Positions 27,944 through 37,396 of a DNA stretch of 64,000 nt are shown piece by piece (the stretch's first letter is position 1; each line of letters opens with the position of its first letter). The notes under the pieces are model-generated. The model saw only the letters and a program-made list of their open reading frames with translations. It was not told where the DNA came from and searched no databases. The stretch is from a virus. The translations under genes were made by a program, and so were the position numbers. The stretch is from IMG/VR virus record IMGVR_UViG_3300040960_001746; one strand, 5' to 3'.

Positions 27944-27973
27944 AAAAAAAAGGGGAAGTTTTACCTCCCCCTT
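27944..27973 (-). terminator. Intrinsic terminator after the sigma gene
   Basis: GGGGAGG-UAAAA-CUUCCCC-U8 on the minus strand. Confidence 0.75.
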
Positions 27974-27993
27974 AAATTAATATTTTTATTTAA

Positions 27994-28788
27994 TTATATA
28001 TCAAAAATACCACCTAAATTATTCCTAACTTTTCTTATTGCAGATTCTTTTATTTGTCTCACCCTCTCTTTAGTCAATCCTACTTCTTCTCCTATCATTT
28101 CTAATGTCATAGGTTCCCCATCAATACCAAAATAGTTATTTAGTATTTTTATCTCTCTATCACTTAAATTTTTCATCGCCCTTTTCATTTCATTATTCCT
28201 AAGAGTTTCTTCTTCTTCATCTAAAATATCGGGACTATTAAACATATTATCTTCTAAGATATTAACTAACTCATCACCATCATCATTTATCATCGCATTC
28301 AATGACCCACAAGACGGTACTACAATTTGTTCAACCTCATCCTCATTAGGGGTACGATGAAACTCTTTTTCGAAGGCTTCTATCTCTTTTTTAATTTGCG
28401 CTAGTTTTGTAATTATATTACCAGGTAATCTAACAGTTCTAGAATTTTCATTTAGACATTGTAGAATGGATTGTTTAATCCACCATATCGCATAAGATAT
28501 AAATTTAAAACCTTTTGTATGATCAAATTTAGTTGCTGCAACAGTAAGTCCGTAATTACCCTCATTAATCAAATCCGCCACAGGAATTCCTTGGTTCTGA
28601 TACTTTTTAGCAATTTTAATTACAAACCTAAGATTTGATGTTACTAACTCATCTAACGCTTTCTTATCACCCTCTTGTATCCTTTTTGCTAGTTCTACTT
28701 CCCTTTCTGCGGTTATTGGGTCACACTTCCTTACTTCTCTCATATAAAAAGATAGAGAATCTTCTTTTAAATTTAAATAATTTGTCAT
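27994..28788 (-). CDS. RNA polymerase sigma-70 factor, Bacteroidota RpoD-like (no region 1.1)
   Basis: NLRFVIKIAKKY, DLINEGN, GFKFISYAIWWIKQSI, RTVRLP, TLEMIG..LTKERVRQI. Confidence 0.92.
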   Translation of the reverse strand: MTNYLNLKEDSLSFYMREVRKCDPITAEREVELAKRIQEGDKKALDELVTSNLRFVIKIAKKYQNQGIPVADLINEGNYGLTVAATKFDHTKGFKFISYAIWWIKQSILQCLNENSRTVRLPGNIITKLAQIKKEIEAFEKEFHRTPNEDEVEQIVVPSCGSLNAMINDDGDELVNILEDNMFNSPDILDEEEETLRNNEMKRAMKNLSDREIKILNNYFGIDGEPMTLEMIGEEVGLTKERVRQIKESAIRKVRNNLGGIFDI

Positions 28789-28791
28789 ATA

Positions 28792-29280
28792 TTAATCTTT
28801 ACTGTTTAATTTATCTCTTAACTTAGCTGCGGTTTCATAATCCTCATTATCTATCGCCTCTTGTAATAATTCTTCAATACTCTTTTTATTTTCTTTAACC
28901 TCCAATATGTCCTTTTCATGTTCAGGTGTGAAGAAAAGTCCTTCTCTTACTTTTTTAATCGCTTCCAACATCATATTATATGACGTATTACTACTAGAAA
29001 TGTCACCCCCAAACAATGCGTTTTGGAATTCTTTGTTTTCTATATTGGCAGAATAGAACCCCATTGTCATTTCAAAAATGATATAAGAACGATTACTCAT
29101 ATTAAGTAATTCTTCTATCTCAGGTAATACAAACGCACTTTCAAAAGTCGCAATAATCAACCCTTCACCACTTACAAAATTTACACTAGTTTCTGATATC
29201 ACAGTTAGATCTTCTTTTAGTTCTTCTGTATTACCTAACCCAATGATACAGAACTTTCTAATAAAATTAGGATTATCCAT
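28792..29280 (-). CDS. Protein with C-terminal UVR (UvrB/UvrC) motif
   Basis: LLQEAIDNEDYETAAKLRDKL. Confidence 0.75.
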   Translation of the reverse strand: MDNPNFIRKFCIIGLGNTEELKEDLTVISETSVNFVSGEGLIIATFESAFVLPEIEELLNMSNRSYIIFEMTMGFYSANIENKEFQNALFGGDISSSNTSYNMMLEAIKKVREGLFFTPEHEKDILEVKENKKSIEELLQEAIDNEDYETAAKLRDKLNSKD

Positions 29281-29332
29281 AGTTTTTATTTAATAAATAT
29301 TAACAAAAATCATACATTTAGATGATTTATGA

Positions 29333-29363
29333 CAAATATACATAAAATTAGTTAATCTGCAAA
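29333..29363 (-). promoter_or_regulatory. Bacteroidota sigma70-type promoter
   Basis: caaatata 29333-40 and caaa 29360-63, 19-nt spacer. Confidence 0.6.
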
Positions 29364-31723
29364 GAAGAAATGTCATTATTTTTCTCAATTGTGATAATTT
29401 TGTCTGCCCAATCTTGTACAATAGGGTTGTGACTAATTAAAAATATGATTTCATACATCTTCTTAATCTTATCAAAAAATATCTTAACTTGATCCAAATT
29501 AATATTAGCAACTTTTCCTAAAACTTCATCAAATACAATAGTATTAGGTTTTGGTAATGTAGATACCCTACCCAAAACACTTCTTAACGCCAATGACGCT
29601 AATGTTGTCTCTAAACCAGAACCACTTTTTAATTTTTTAACAACATCATTTTTAATAAGGAGAAAGTCTACTTCATTTTTATCGTTCATCTCCAATTGAA
29701 TCTCAAAGTCACATACCTCATCCAATAATCTATTTAGTTCATGATTAATTATAGGTATTACCGAAGATAAAACCAACTTAGAGATACCATTTTTACCTAT
29801 CATACGATTATATACATCAAATATCTTTAATACTTCCTCTTCTCTCTTAATTTGTTCAATCAGATTAGTATTCTCAGTAATTTTTTCTTCTTTATTGGTA
29901 GTATCATTATTAATATTCTGAATTTCAGTTTTAATATTGTCTTTTTCAGTTTCTAATGTTTCAATTAACTGATTATATCCTAATATTTTACTTTCTAACT
30001 TACGATTTTCATCAATAAAGGTAGAATTCCTTTCATAATCTTTAAGTAAAGATGTTTTCTCTCTATAATCAACTCTCATTCTGTCGATTTCAATCTCAGT
30101 CTTATCTTTACTCAAACCTAACTTATCATATAAATCAGAATTCTTTTTCTGTTCAGATATCTTAGTGAGTTTGTCACAAATTTTGTCAATATTTGTTACA
30201 ATTTTCTTAAGTTCTTTTTGTTTTTCTTTTAATAATTTTTCATTATCTTTTATTTCAGAACTATGATCAACCTCATCTAATGCCCTTTTACATGTAGGAC
30301 ATATTTCACCTTCTTTTAAATCTTTAATTAGTTTCTCAATAGTAGTTATGGATGATTCAATACCATTCTTTTCTACTAAAAGATTCTTTTCTTCAGTACG
30401 ATATTCTTCGTGTACATCTTCATCATATGAAAACTTAGGAATGTCTTTTATCTGAGATGTAATTTCTTCTAACTTCTCTTTTAACTCTACACCCGTATTA
30501 GTTAAATCCTCAATCTCTTTTTTTAGTGTGACAGGATTAACTTTTTTGATTTCTTCATCAATACTATACCTCTTACCTAATAAGTCTTCTTTCTTTTCTT
30601 GAGCCTCTTTTATTTTTTGTATCTTTTCATTTAATATTTTATCGTTTTCCTTATTGGTGATTCTATTTTCACTTATGGTATTTTTAAAGTCTTCGATTTC
30701 TAATTCTAATTCTTTTGTATTATATACATTAGACTTCATCTTACTTTTAAAGTCAGACATTAACGATTTATTAATCTCTTCTTTTTTCTCAATAACCTCT
30801 AACCCTATAAATTTAGTTAATAACCTACCCCTATGTGTAGGTTTTGTTTCCATTAAATCTTCTAAGTTTTTAGATGTTGCAACAATAGTTAACATAAAAT
30901 CATCGTAAGAACCTATAGTATCCGCAATTAATTTATCTGTTTCTCTTCTTTGTTCACCTTCCAAATTTTCTTCAGTACCATCCGCAAGAATTCTATAGAA
31001 CTCTAATTTAGAAGTGACTTTGTAATCACCATTTTTAGATTGTTTTCTATTTAACTTACGTTCTATAATATATTCGTCACCATCAATCTCAATATGTCCA
31101 CCAACCAGTACTTCATCTTTATTTGTAAAAGTATTAAAAATTTCAGAATTTGTTTCAGTTTTAGTTGTTTTTCCAAAAAATAAGAATAATAAAGAGTCTA
31201 TAGTAAAAATAGTTTTACCACCTTGATTCGCAGGTAATGAATTTACTACTGATAAACCATTTAAGTTTTTATACTCTATCTCATTATTTTCACCAAAAGA
31301 TAAAAAGTTATTTAACCAAAGTTTTTTAATACTCCATCTTCTATATCTGATATCCTCTTCTTCCCTATCAATTAATATTTCATTAATTTTATCATCTAAT
31401 CTACATAATCTTTCATAATCTATTGTGACATCATTTAACTTTAACCATTCTCTAAATAACCCTCTTTGGTATGCAGTATCCATAATATTATCTATGATAC
31501 CATCACTTAAGTCAATTACTTTACCCGCATTATTTTTGAGGATTGGTATAAAGTTAATTTTTATTGATGTCTTAGGTACACCATATTTATCAGAGAAGTA
31601 TGTCTTAACTCTATTAACACTATCAATTGTTCTGTTCTCAGGGTAATCCTGCCAATCAACTCTTATCTGAGCTTTAGATGGTACGTCAACCAACTTAGTT
31701 TTTTTATCAATAACCTTTTCCAT
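29348..31723 (-). CDS. SbcC/Rad50 (gp46-like) ATPase with ~125-aa N-terminal extension
   Basis: NNFLSFG, Walker A-like PANQGGKT, hook CPTC, signature-like GSGLE, Walker B IVFDE, LISH, coiled coils. Confidence 0.9.
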   Translation of the reverse strand: MEKVIDKKTKLVDVPSKAQIRVDWQDYPENRTIDSVNRVKTYFSDKYGVPKTSIKINFIPILKNNAGKVIDLSDGIIDNIMDTAYQRGLFREWLKLNDVTIDYERLCRLDDKINEILIDREEEDIRYRRWSIKKLWLNNFLSFGENNEIEYKNLNGLSVVNSLPANQGGKTIFTIDSLLFLFFGKTTKTETNSEIFNTFTNKDEVLVGGHIEIDGDEYIIERKLNRKQSKNGDYKVTSKLEFYRILADGTEENLEGEQRRETDKLIADTIGSYDDFMLTIVATSKNLEDLMETKPTHRGRLLTKFIGLEVIEKKEEINKSLMSDFKSKMKSNVYNTKELELEIEDFKNTISENRITNKENDKILNEKIQKIKEAQEKKEDLLGKRYSIDEEIKKVNPVTLKKEIEDLTNTGVELKEKLEEITSQIKDIPKFSYDEDVHEEYRTEEKNLLVEKNGIESSITTIEKLIKDLKEGEICPTCKRALDEVDHSSEIKDNEKLLKEKQKELKKIVTNIDKICDKLTKISEQKKNSDLYDKLGLSKDKTEIEIDRMRVDYREKTSLLKDYERNSTFIDENRKLESKILGYNQLIETLETEKDNIKTEIQNINNDTTNKEEKITENTNLIEQIKREEEVLKIFDVYNRMIGKNGISKLVLSSVIPIINHELNRLLDEVCDFEIQLEMNDKNEVDFLLIKNDVVKKLKSGSGLETTLASLALRSVLGRVSTLPKPNTIVFDEVLGKVANINLDQVKIFFDKIKKMYEIIFLISHNPIVQDWADKIITIEKNNDISSLQIN

Positions 31724-32310
31724 TATTTTCTATTTAATAAATTAGATCCGAACCAACCACCCCTTCGTTCATCATCATATATGTCTTTATTATTCTTTTT
31801 ATTTTCTTCTTCTAATTTGGTAATCTTTCCATTAAGTTCATCTATTTCAACTTTTTTCTCACCCAAATCACCTTCTAATTGTAAAATTTTATTATTTAAA
31901 TCGGAAATTTTCCGATTAAGTGTATCTATCTCACCATCTTTTTCATTTATTTCATTAACTTTTTCTCTTAACCCCTTTAAGTGTACACTTTCATTTTTCT
32001 TAACAGACTCTAATTCTTTAGTTAATTTTTCTACTTCTTTATCATCAGTGATATAAACTTCTTTCTCTACTATCTTTTCAACAGGAATTTCTTTGATTAC
32101 TTCAATAGTCTTTTCTACAGGTACTTCTTTAATAACCTCAACCACTTTTTCTACTTCTTTAACTTCACCAGTACCCAATGGTGTTGCGCCAAATTTTTCA
32201 ACAGTATAACCCTGTCGAACCATCTTAATAATAAAATCTTCTATATTAGATATATCATTTAAACGACAATATTCCCATATTTCGTCTTTTAACTTTTTAG
32301 GGATTTCCAT
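31723..32310 (-). CDS. Coiled-coil protein with VEK/VPVEK repeats
   Basis: EVEKVVEVIKEVPVEKTIEVIKEIPVEKIVEKEV followed by heptads. Confidence 0.7.
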   Translation of the reverse strand: MEIPKKLKDEIWEYCRLNDISNIEDFIIKMVRQGYTVEKFGATPLGTGEVKEVEKVVEVIKEVPVEKTIEVIKEIPVEKIVEKEVYITDDKEVEKLTKELESVKKNESVHLKGLREKVNEINEKDGEIDTLNRKISDLNNKILQLEGDLGEKKVEIDELNGKITKLEEENKKNNKDIYDDERRGGWFGSNLLNRK

Positions 32311-33131
32311 TATGCGTTTGTTAAGTACTCTCTTTGGTTGTCGATATCCTCCAAAGAGTTTATTTTGAATACGTAGTATCCATAGTCAGTAACAATATTA
32401 TGTTCAGTATAATCTAAATGTTCTACATCCCATATAAGATATCCATGCCCATTTACTCTTTCACCAAAGTCTTGTTGTATAAAACTACCACAATATGTAA
32501 TGTTCACACCTTTCCTCACAAAGTTTTGTCTATGATGAATATCACCCATCAATACCGCATCACACCCATCAAATTGTTCTAATTCAGCATGTTCTTCAAA
32601 CTCAAACCCGACAGATGTTATTGCCCCATTAACAGGTGCGTGAAATAAACCTATATATTTTTTATCTTTACCATATTTTTCTCTCGCCTCCTTAATATTA
32701 GGTTTTAGGTTTTCTTCAAAAATAGAATAAACACACCAAACAATATTATCATCCAAATAACACTTACTTTCTTTAAAGTAAGATACCTTATCTGAAAAAG
32801 TCCTCTTTTCTATCACAGGTGTGAGAGAATCTATCCTATCTTTATTATTTTCCAATAGATCGTGATTACCTGCAATTATTATTACAGGACATATCTTAGT
32901 ACAATCATCTAAAAAATTACTAACTAATACAGATAACTCATTAGAAATAGTTATCTTCTGGTGTACTATATCACCCGCAATAACAATTCTAACTTCATCA
33001 TAATTAAGATTATTTTCTTCTACATAGTTAGTTACTTCCTCAATAAACTTTTGGCAGACAATTTCAGACTCATCTAATCTTTTATATGTTCTGAAATGTA
33101 AGTCCGCAATGTGAAACAACTTTTTTACCAT
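32310..33131 (-). CDS. SbcD/Mre11 (gp47-like) metallophosphoesterase nuclease
   Basis: HIADLH, AGD, AGNHD, FHA, MGDIH, YCGS..Q.DFGE. Confidence 0.9.
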   Translation of the reverse strand: MVKKLFHIADLHFRTYKRLDESEIVCQKFIEEVTNYVEENNLNYDEVRIVIAGDIVHQKITISNELSVLVSNFLDDCTKICPVIIIAGNHDLLENNKDRIDSLTPVIEKRTFSDKVSYFKESKCYLDDNIVWCVYSIFEENLKPNIKEAREKYGKDKKYIGLFHAPVNGAITSVGFEFEEHAELEQFDGCDAVLMGDIHHRQNFVRKGVNITYCGSFIQQDFGERVNGHGYLIWDVEHLDYTEHNIVTDYGYYVFKINSLEDIDNQREYLTNA

Positions 33132-33135
33132 AATA

Positions 33136-33166
33136 CAAATATACGATTTTATTTCAAAAAGACAAA
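33136..33166 (-). promoter_or_regulatory. Bacteroidota sigma70-type promoter
   Basis: caaatata 33136-43 and caaa 33163-66, 19-nt spacer. Confidence 0.65.
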
Positions 33167-33167
33167 T

Positions 33168-34082
33168 TTATTTTACTAATTGACTTCTTTCGTTCAATAA
33201 TAGTTCAAACATAGACTTAACGTAATGACTATAATCTTCACAGTTAATTACTTTATAATTATCATTTTCTTCATTAAACCATACTAAATGACAACTACCC
33301 AATTTTAAATTGGTATTTCTTTCAATTATTTCTTTATATATAGACAACTGTAGTGAGTAAGTGTTGAATTCACAGTCATCCATCATCCATAAGATATCTT
33401 TCATCTTATTACCAAAGTCATTCTTCATCCTTAATTTAGTATTGGTTTTCCAATCCCAAATCTGTAAACACTGATGTCTCTCATTCCAGAACAATTGATC
33501 AACCATCCCACACAACATCAGATCCCTATCACCAACAACCAACTCAGACTTCACAGGTATTAATTTTCCTTTTGCAACAGTATCATCATAGAAGTTATGA
33601 AAATGTCCCTTCATAATTTCATATGTTTCAGATATCTCTTCAAATTTTAAACCTTCAGGACTTTCTTTAGGTTCTGGTTTAATCTTATTGTTAAGATAGT
33701 TTTCAATATAATCGTGTAATGTAGAACCTTCATATGTTGCGTGATGGTTTTTATATAACCATTCTCGATTAACATCTTCTTCTGTAATACACTCATTCAA
33801 TGGTTTAGGTTTAGAGTAGTCTGGTCTACCATAAGGATCCCCTTCCATCGGATAAAAATTCTGTTTATGTGCATATCTATCCGCCATACTTTTGGCTTCA
33901 TAGAAATGTCCCTGTTTTTCTGCCCACTTATCGGGTTTAGAAATACCATCCTCAAAATCATTTTCAAATCTATGTATAAAACCAGTACATGATATTGTCT
34001 GAACACCATCTATATAATATTTATGTGGTTCATCATAATATTTAATATGATTAAATTTAGATAATTCTTTAATTATATCCAT
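33168..34082 (-). CDS. PD-(D/E)XK exonuclease (RecB/Cas4-like fold)
   Basis: GSTLHDYIE, SE, GMVD, IWDWKT, YSLQLSIY. Confidence 0.85.
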   Translation of the reverse strand: MDIIKELSKFNHIKYYDEPHKYYIDGVQTISCTGFIHRFENDFEDGISKPDKWAEKQGHFYEAKSMADRYAHKQNFYPMEGDPYGRPDYSKPKPLNECITEEDVNREWLYKNHHATYEGSTLHDYIENYLNNKIKPEPKESPEGLKFEEISETYEIMKGHFHNFYDDTVAKGKLIPVKSELVVGDRDLMLCGMVDQLFWNERHQCLQIWDWKTNTKLRMKNDFGNKMKDILWMMDDCEFNTYSLQLSIYKEIIERNTNLKLGSCHLVWFNEENDNYKVINCEDYSHYVKSMFELLLNERSQLVK

Positions 34083-34133
34083 TTATGCAATATTTATAAT
34101 AATAATAAACATTTTTATTTAAAAAAACAAATT

Positions 34134-34589
34134 ATGACAGAATTAAATGTTAATAAAAAATATATTTTAAAAGTTTGTCAGTTATTATATTCACAGTTTA
34201 TCCATAATAATAAAGTTCATATAGGGGATTTATATCATGACTCCCATACATATGAAACTGTTTTCATACACATTCAAGATACTATGGGACATAAAGACGA
34301 AAATGAAGTAGATTTTATCTATGCGTGTTTTTATGAAAATGTAAATAAATGGGGGGATAAAATATTAACAATATCTCCCGAACAAATAGACTTACCCAAA
34401 TTGAAAGAGATGAGGGGTATTCGCACTTATTATGCGACTGTAAGATATGATGAATATTATTCACATAAAACATATATGCCAATAATGTTAGAATATATGG
34501 TAGAAGAATACCAAATAGATGAGGATAACATAGAAACTGATATAATAGACACTTGGGATCACGAGACAAGAATAGAAATTAAAGAATGA
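34134..34589 (+). CDS. Hypothetical protein
   Basis: 151 aa; ATATTTATA at 34090-98. Confidence 0.65.
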   Translation: MTELNVNKKYILKVCQLLYSQFIHNNKVHIGDLYHDSHTYETVFIHIQDTMGHKDENEVDFIYACFYENVNKWGDKILTISPEQIDLPKLKEMRGIRTYYATVRYDEYYSHKTYMPIMLEYMVEEYQIDEDNIETDIIDTWDHETRIEIKE

Positions 34590-35212
34590 AAAATTTAATT
34601 AGGAGAATATTAAGGGAAGATTTAGAGTATTGGGGTGTGTCTAATGCTTCACCTAATAGTGGTGAATATGAAATGGGTATTGTAGAAGATGTCCCTATTT
34701 ACAAATATCATAACTTAGGCAAGAAAATGTATGAAAGGTTAAGAAAGTCTTTCCCTATGACACCCGAATACGTTCTTAAAGATTTTTTCTACAATAATAT
34801 TGTTAATGAATTTGAGACTATAGAAAAAGAATATTATGGGGATCCATTGTTGATGACAAGAGGTTATTGGGGTGAATTTTTAAAAGGTCCTTGGAAATTA
34901 GAAATTTTAAATGTAAATCCAGAAGACTTCGATGATAGGACAGTAAATGCGTTTTTAGAAAGAGACTTCGGTAATATAGATGCATATCAAGTACCTGATG
35001 ACGAAGAAAGAACACAAACACAAAGAAGGCTCGCCAAATCTACTGGTATGAACGAACCTATCATTGTGGAGAAAAAACCTAATGGTAAATATGAATTGAT
35101 TGAAGGTTGGCATCGTACAATGTCCATATTACTATTAGGTGATAACGGTGAGGATTTAAAAAATTGGGATAAGGTTAAAATCCGAGCTTTCGTCAGAGAC
35201 TTATCTAAATAG
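34586..35212 (+). CDS. ParB/Srx-like domain protein with leader (MKNLIRRILRE)
   Basis: EPIIV...YELIEGWHR. Confidence 0.7.
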   Translation: MKNLIRRILREDLEYWGVSNASPNSGEYEMGIVEDVPIYKYHNLGKKMYERLRKSFPMTPEYVLKDFFYNNIVNEFETIEKEYYGDPLLMTRGYWGEFLKGPWKLEILNVNPEDFDDRTVNAFLERDFGNIDAYQVPDDEERTQTQRRLAKSTGMNEPIIVEKKPNGKYELIEGWHRTMSILLLGDNGEDLKNWDKVKIRAFVRDLSK

Positions 35213-35512
35213 ACTACCGAAATACTCTTCCACTTTCCATTTAGGTTTCGAATCTCCGTACATTTTATAAACGTAACTATTCTCCGCCCAATCTCTGTTG
35301 TGATCCGACTGAATCTTATCTTTATATTTAACCGCCTCAGTTCTCTTATCGAAAATCATCGGTCTTAGTCTATTCTTTTCTTCTTCACTTAATTTATATG
35401 GACAATGTGTTTCCCATATTTCATTTAACCCTGTAGTATCCTCATTTAAAAAATCAAATGAATCCCACTTTCGATTTCTTTCTACTACAATATATTTTTT
35501 CGTATTATTCAT
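35201..35512 (-). CDS. Hypothetical protein
   Basis: 103-aa ORF. Confidence 0.65.
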   Translation of the reverse strand: MNNTKKYIVVERNRKWDSFDFLNEDTTGLNEIWETHCPYKLSEEEKNRLRPMIFDKRTEAVKYKDKIQSDHNRDWAENSYVYKMYGDSKPKWKVEEYFGSLFR

Positions 35513-35672
35513 TTATCTTCGTTTCACTATTATCACATTTACATTGATTTAATGCTAATTGTTGGTAAGCTACCGCCAAGTTGTCAATTTTTTCTAATAA
35601 ATCGTCTATACGATTATCTTTTTGTCGAATAACTTCATTCAACCTACCAATTTCTTTTTCTAATTCATTCAT
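35505..35672 (-). CDS. Small coiled-coil protein, 55 aa
   Basis: Not in track; MNELEKEIGRLNEVIRQKDNRIDDLLEK...; directly after a promoter. Confidence 0.65.
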   Translation of the reverse strand: MNELEKEIGRLNEVIRQKDNRIDDLLEKIDNLAVAYQQLALNQCKCDNSETKINE

Positions 35673-35676
35673 AAAA

Positions 35677-35708
35677 CAAATATATAAAAAATATTTTAAC
35701 CTACCAAA
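35677..35708 (-). promoter_or_regulatory. Bacteroidota sigma70-type promoter
   Basis: caaatata 35677-84 and caaa 35705-08, 20-nt spacer. Confidence 0.6.
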
Positions 35709-36079
35709 TGTTTTTTAAAATTTTCCAAATAACTCTCTATATTCTTCTTCCCAACAGGATTCGCAGAATGAACGTAATAAGAAGGTATGGGTAAATCATT
35801 TTCTAAACAATATTCACATAACCATTTACACGCATCGTATCCTGTTTTTTCTTCTAAGTTTTCATAATCTATGTCACTTTGGTTTTCTTCTAAATAATGA
35901 TCGAAAGATAAGTCATGATCGTAAGATACAAATTCAGGTAATCCAAACTTAGTAATATAATTTATAAACTCATAATAATTTCTAACTATTACCCAATCTT
36001 CGTTTTTTTCATACAATGGATTTATATTTAACCTAAAAACATCATATGGAACTCTTACATCATCTAAAAATACTTTCAT
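35696..36079 (-). CDS. Cyclic-phosphate-processing receiver-like domain protein
   Basis: KVFLDDVR, VSYDHDL, TGYD..KWL, VHSANPVG. Confidence 0.8.
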   Translation of the reverse strand: MKVFLDDVRVPYDVFRLNINPLYEKNEDWVIVRNYYEFINYITKFGLPEFVSYDHDLSFDHYLEENQSDIDYENLEEKTGYDACKWLCEYCLENDLPIPSYYVHSANPVGKKNIESYLENFKKHLVG

Positions 36080-36080
36080 A

Positions 36081-36344
36081 TTATTTACATTTATTATTTA
36101 AAAAACCATCTAAATCACTACCACAAACACAGGTTCTCGTCTCAACATCAAACTTACAGTTTTTCTTAACACTTAACTTGTTTTGAATGTAAACATGTTG
36201 TTGAGCGATTATATCTGACTCATACGGATTATAATTAGTAATAGTCCTACACTTCATAGGTTTTATAGTAGTTTGTTTTTTTACAAATCCTACTTTTCTT
36301 AAACCAACCAACATTTTGTTTTTTATTGTTCTTTGACTGTACAT
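36081..36344 (-). CDS. Small basic protein with Cys-rich C-terminus
   Basis: 87 aa; C..CVC..C. Confidence 0.55.
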   Translation of the reverse strand: MYSQRTIKNKMLVGLRKVGFVKKQTTIKPMKCRTITNYNPYESDIIAQQHVYIQNKLSVKKNCKFDVETRTCVCGSDLDGFLNNKCK

Positions 36345-36349
36345 ATATA

Positions 36350-37294
36350 TTAAATTAAACTTTCTTTAATCTTTTTGGCGGAAGACAAAACACTTAACAC
36401 CCCTTTACTACCTAACTTTTGATTGACATCTGAAATATCATAACCTTTAGGTAATTTAATTATATAAACCCTATTATGTAATTTAGTAGAATTTAGTTTT
36501 TTATACAACTTAAGTGCATCTGAATAAGCGTCAGAATCTAAAAGTATTATAACTTTACACTCAGCGTTTTTAACTAACTTAGAAAATAAGTCATCACTAA
36601 TAACTTTACCCAACATAGGTATACTATTAGGTACTACTATATGGTCAAAAACACCCTCAACAATGTAGATATTAGAATCCCAATTAATCTTACCTTCATT
36701 GAAAATGATTTCTGTTTTAGGTATCTCAGGATTCTTATATTTTAGTTTAGTATACTTTTCATAACTTCTACCTAAGAAATAATTAATATCATTATGGATA
36801 TCATAAGATGGGAATACTATTCTATGTTTATAATCACCTTGTTCACAATAACCAATATTATATTTTTCAATAATATCCATACCAATGTTTCTTTTGGTTA
36901 GATACTCTAACGCTTTTTTATATTCGTAACTATCATTCTCTTCAGATAAAGGTATAAAATCTTTTGGTAAACCTTTTATCTCTTTTACTTCTTTCTTTTT
37001 TATCTCTATGTTAGGATTTACTAAACGATATCTTTTTATATCACCTTTAGTTCCATAAGACTTTATTAGTTTATATAATGTACCATGCGTATCGTGTGTT
37101 TCTGAACATGCCCAACATTTATAAACATGATATCCATAGTTGACTTCTAAATTACCTTTACCGTCACCCTTATCCAAACCCTTTATTTCGTGAGAACATA
37201 CGGGACAATCAAAAGATATCTGTCCTTTGTTTTCATAATGGTTTTTGGATTCACCCAATATCCCTTCTAATATTTCAACTATTAATTCTGACAT
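36350..37294 (-). CDS. DNA primase (Zn finger plus TOPRIM)
   Basis: CPVC...CWAC, YLTKRNI, RIVFP, KYKNP, IVEGVFD, LLDSDA. Confidence 0.9.
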   Translation of the reverse strand: MSELIVEILEGILGESKNHYENKGQISFDCPVCSHEIKGLDKGDGKGNLEVNYGYHVYKCWACSETHDTHGTLYKLIKSYGTKGDIKRYRLVNPNIEIKKKEVKEIKGLPKDFIPLSEENDSYEYKKALEYLTKRNIGMDIIEKYNIGYCEQGDYKHRIVFPSYDIHNDINYFLGRSYEKYTKLKYKNPEIPKTEIIFNEGKINWDSNIYIVEGVFDHIVVPNSIPMLGKVISDDLFSKLVKNAECKVIILLDSDAYSDALKLYKKLNSTKLHNRVYIIKLPKGYDISDVNQKLGSKGVLSVLSSAKKIKESLI

Positions 37295-37301
37295 TTAAAT
37301 A

Positions 37302-37332
37302 CAAATATACACAAGTTTTCCAAATAAACAAA
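37302..37332 (-). promoter_or_regulatory. Bacteroidota sigma70-type promoter for the primase
   Basis: caaatata 37302-09 and caaa 37329-32, 19-nt spacer. Confidence 0.65.
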
Positions 37333-37341
37333 TTTTTAGAT

Positions 37342-37374
37342 AAAAAAAAATATCGACCCTTTCAGATCGATATT
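37342..37374 (-). terminator. Intrinsic terminator (likely of the ruvC operon, now separated from it by the IS)
   Basis: AAUAUCGAUCU-GAAA-GGGUCGAUAUU followed by a U-run. Confidence 0.75.
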
Positions 37375-37396
37375 CACAATTAACAATAACATTTAC

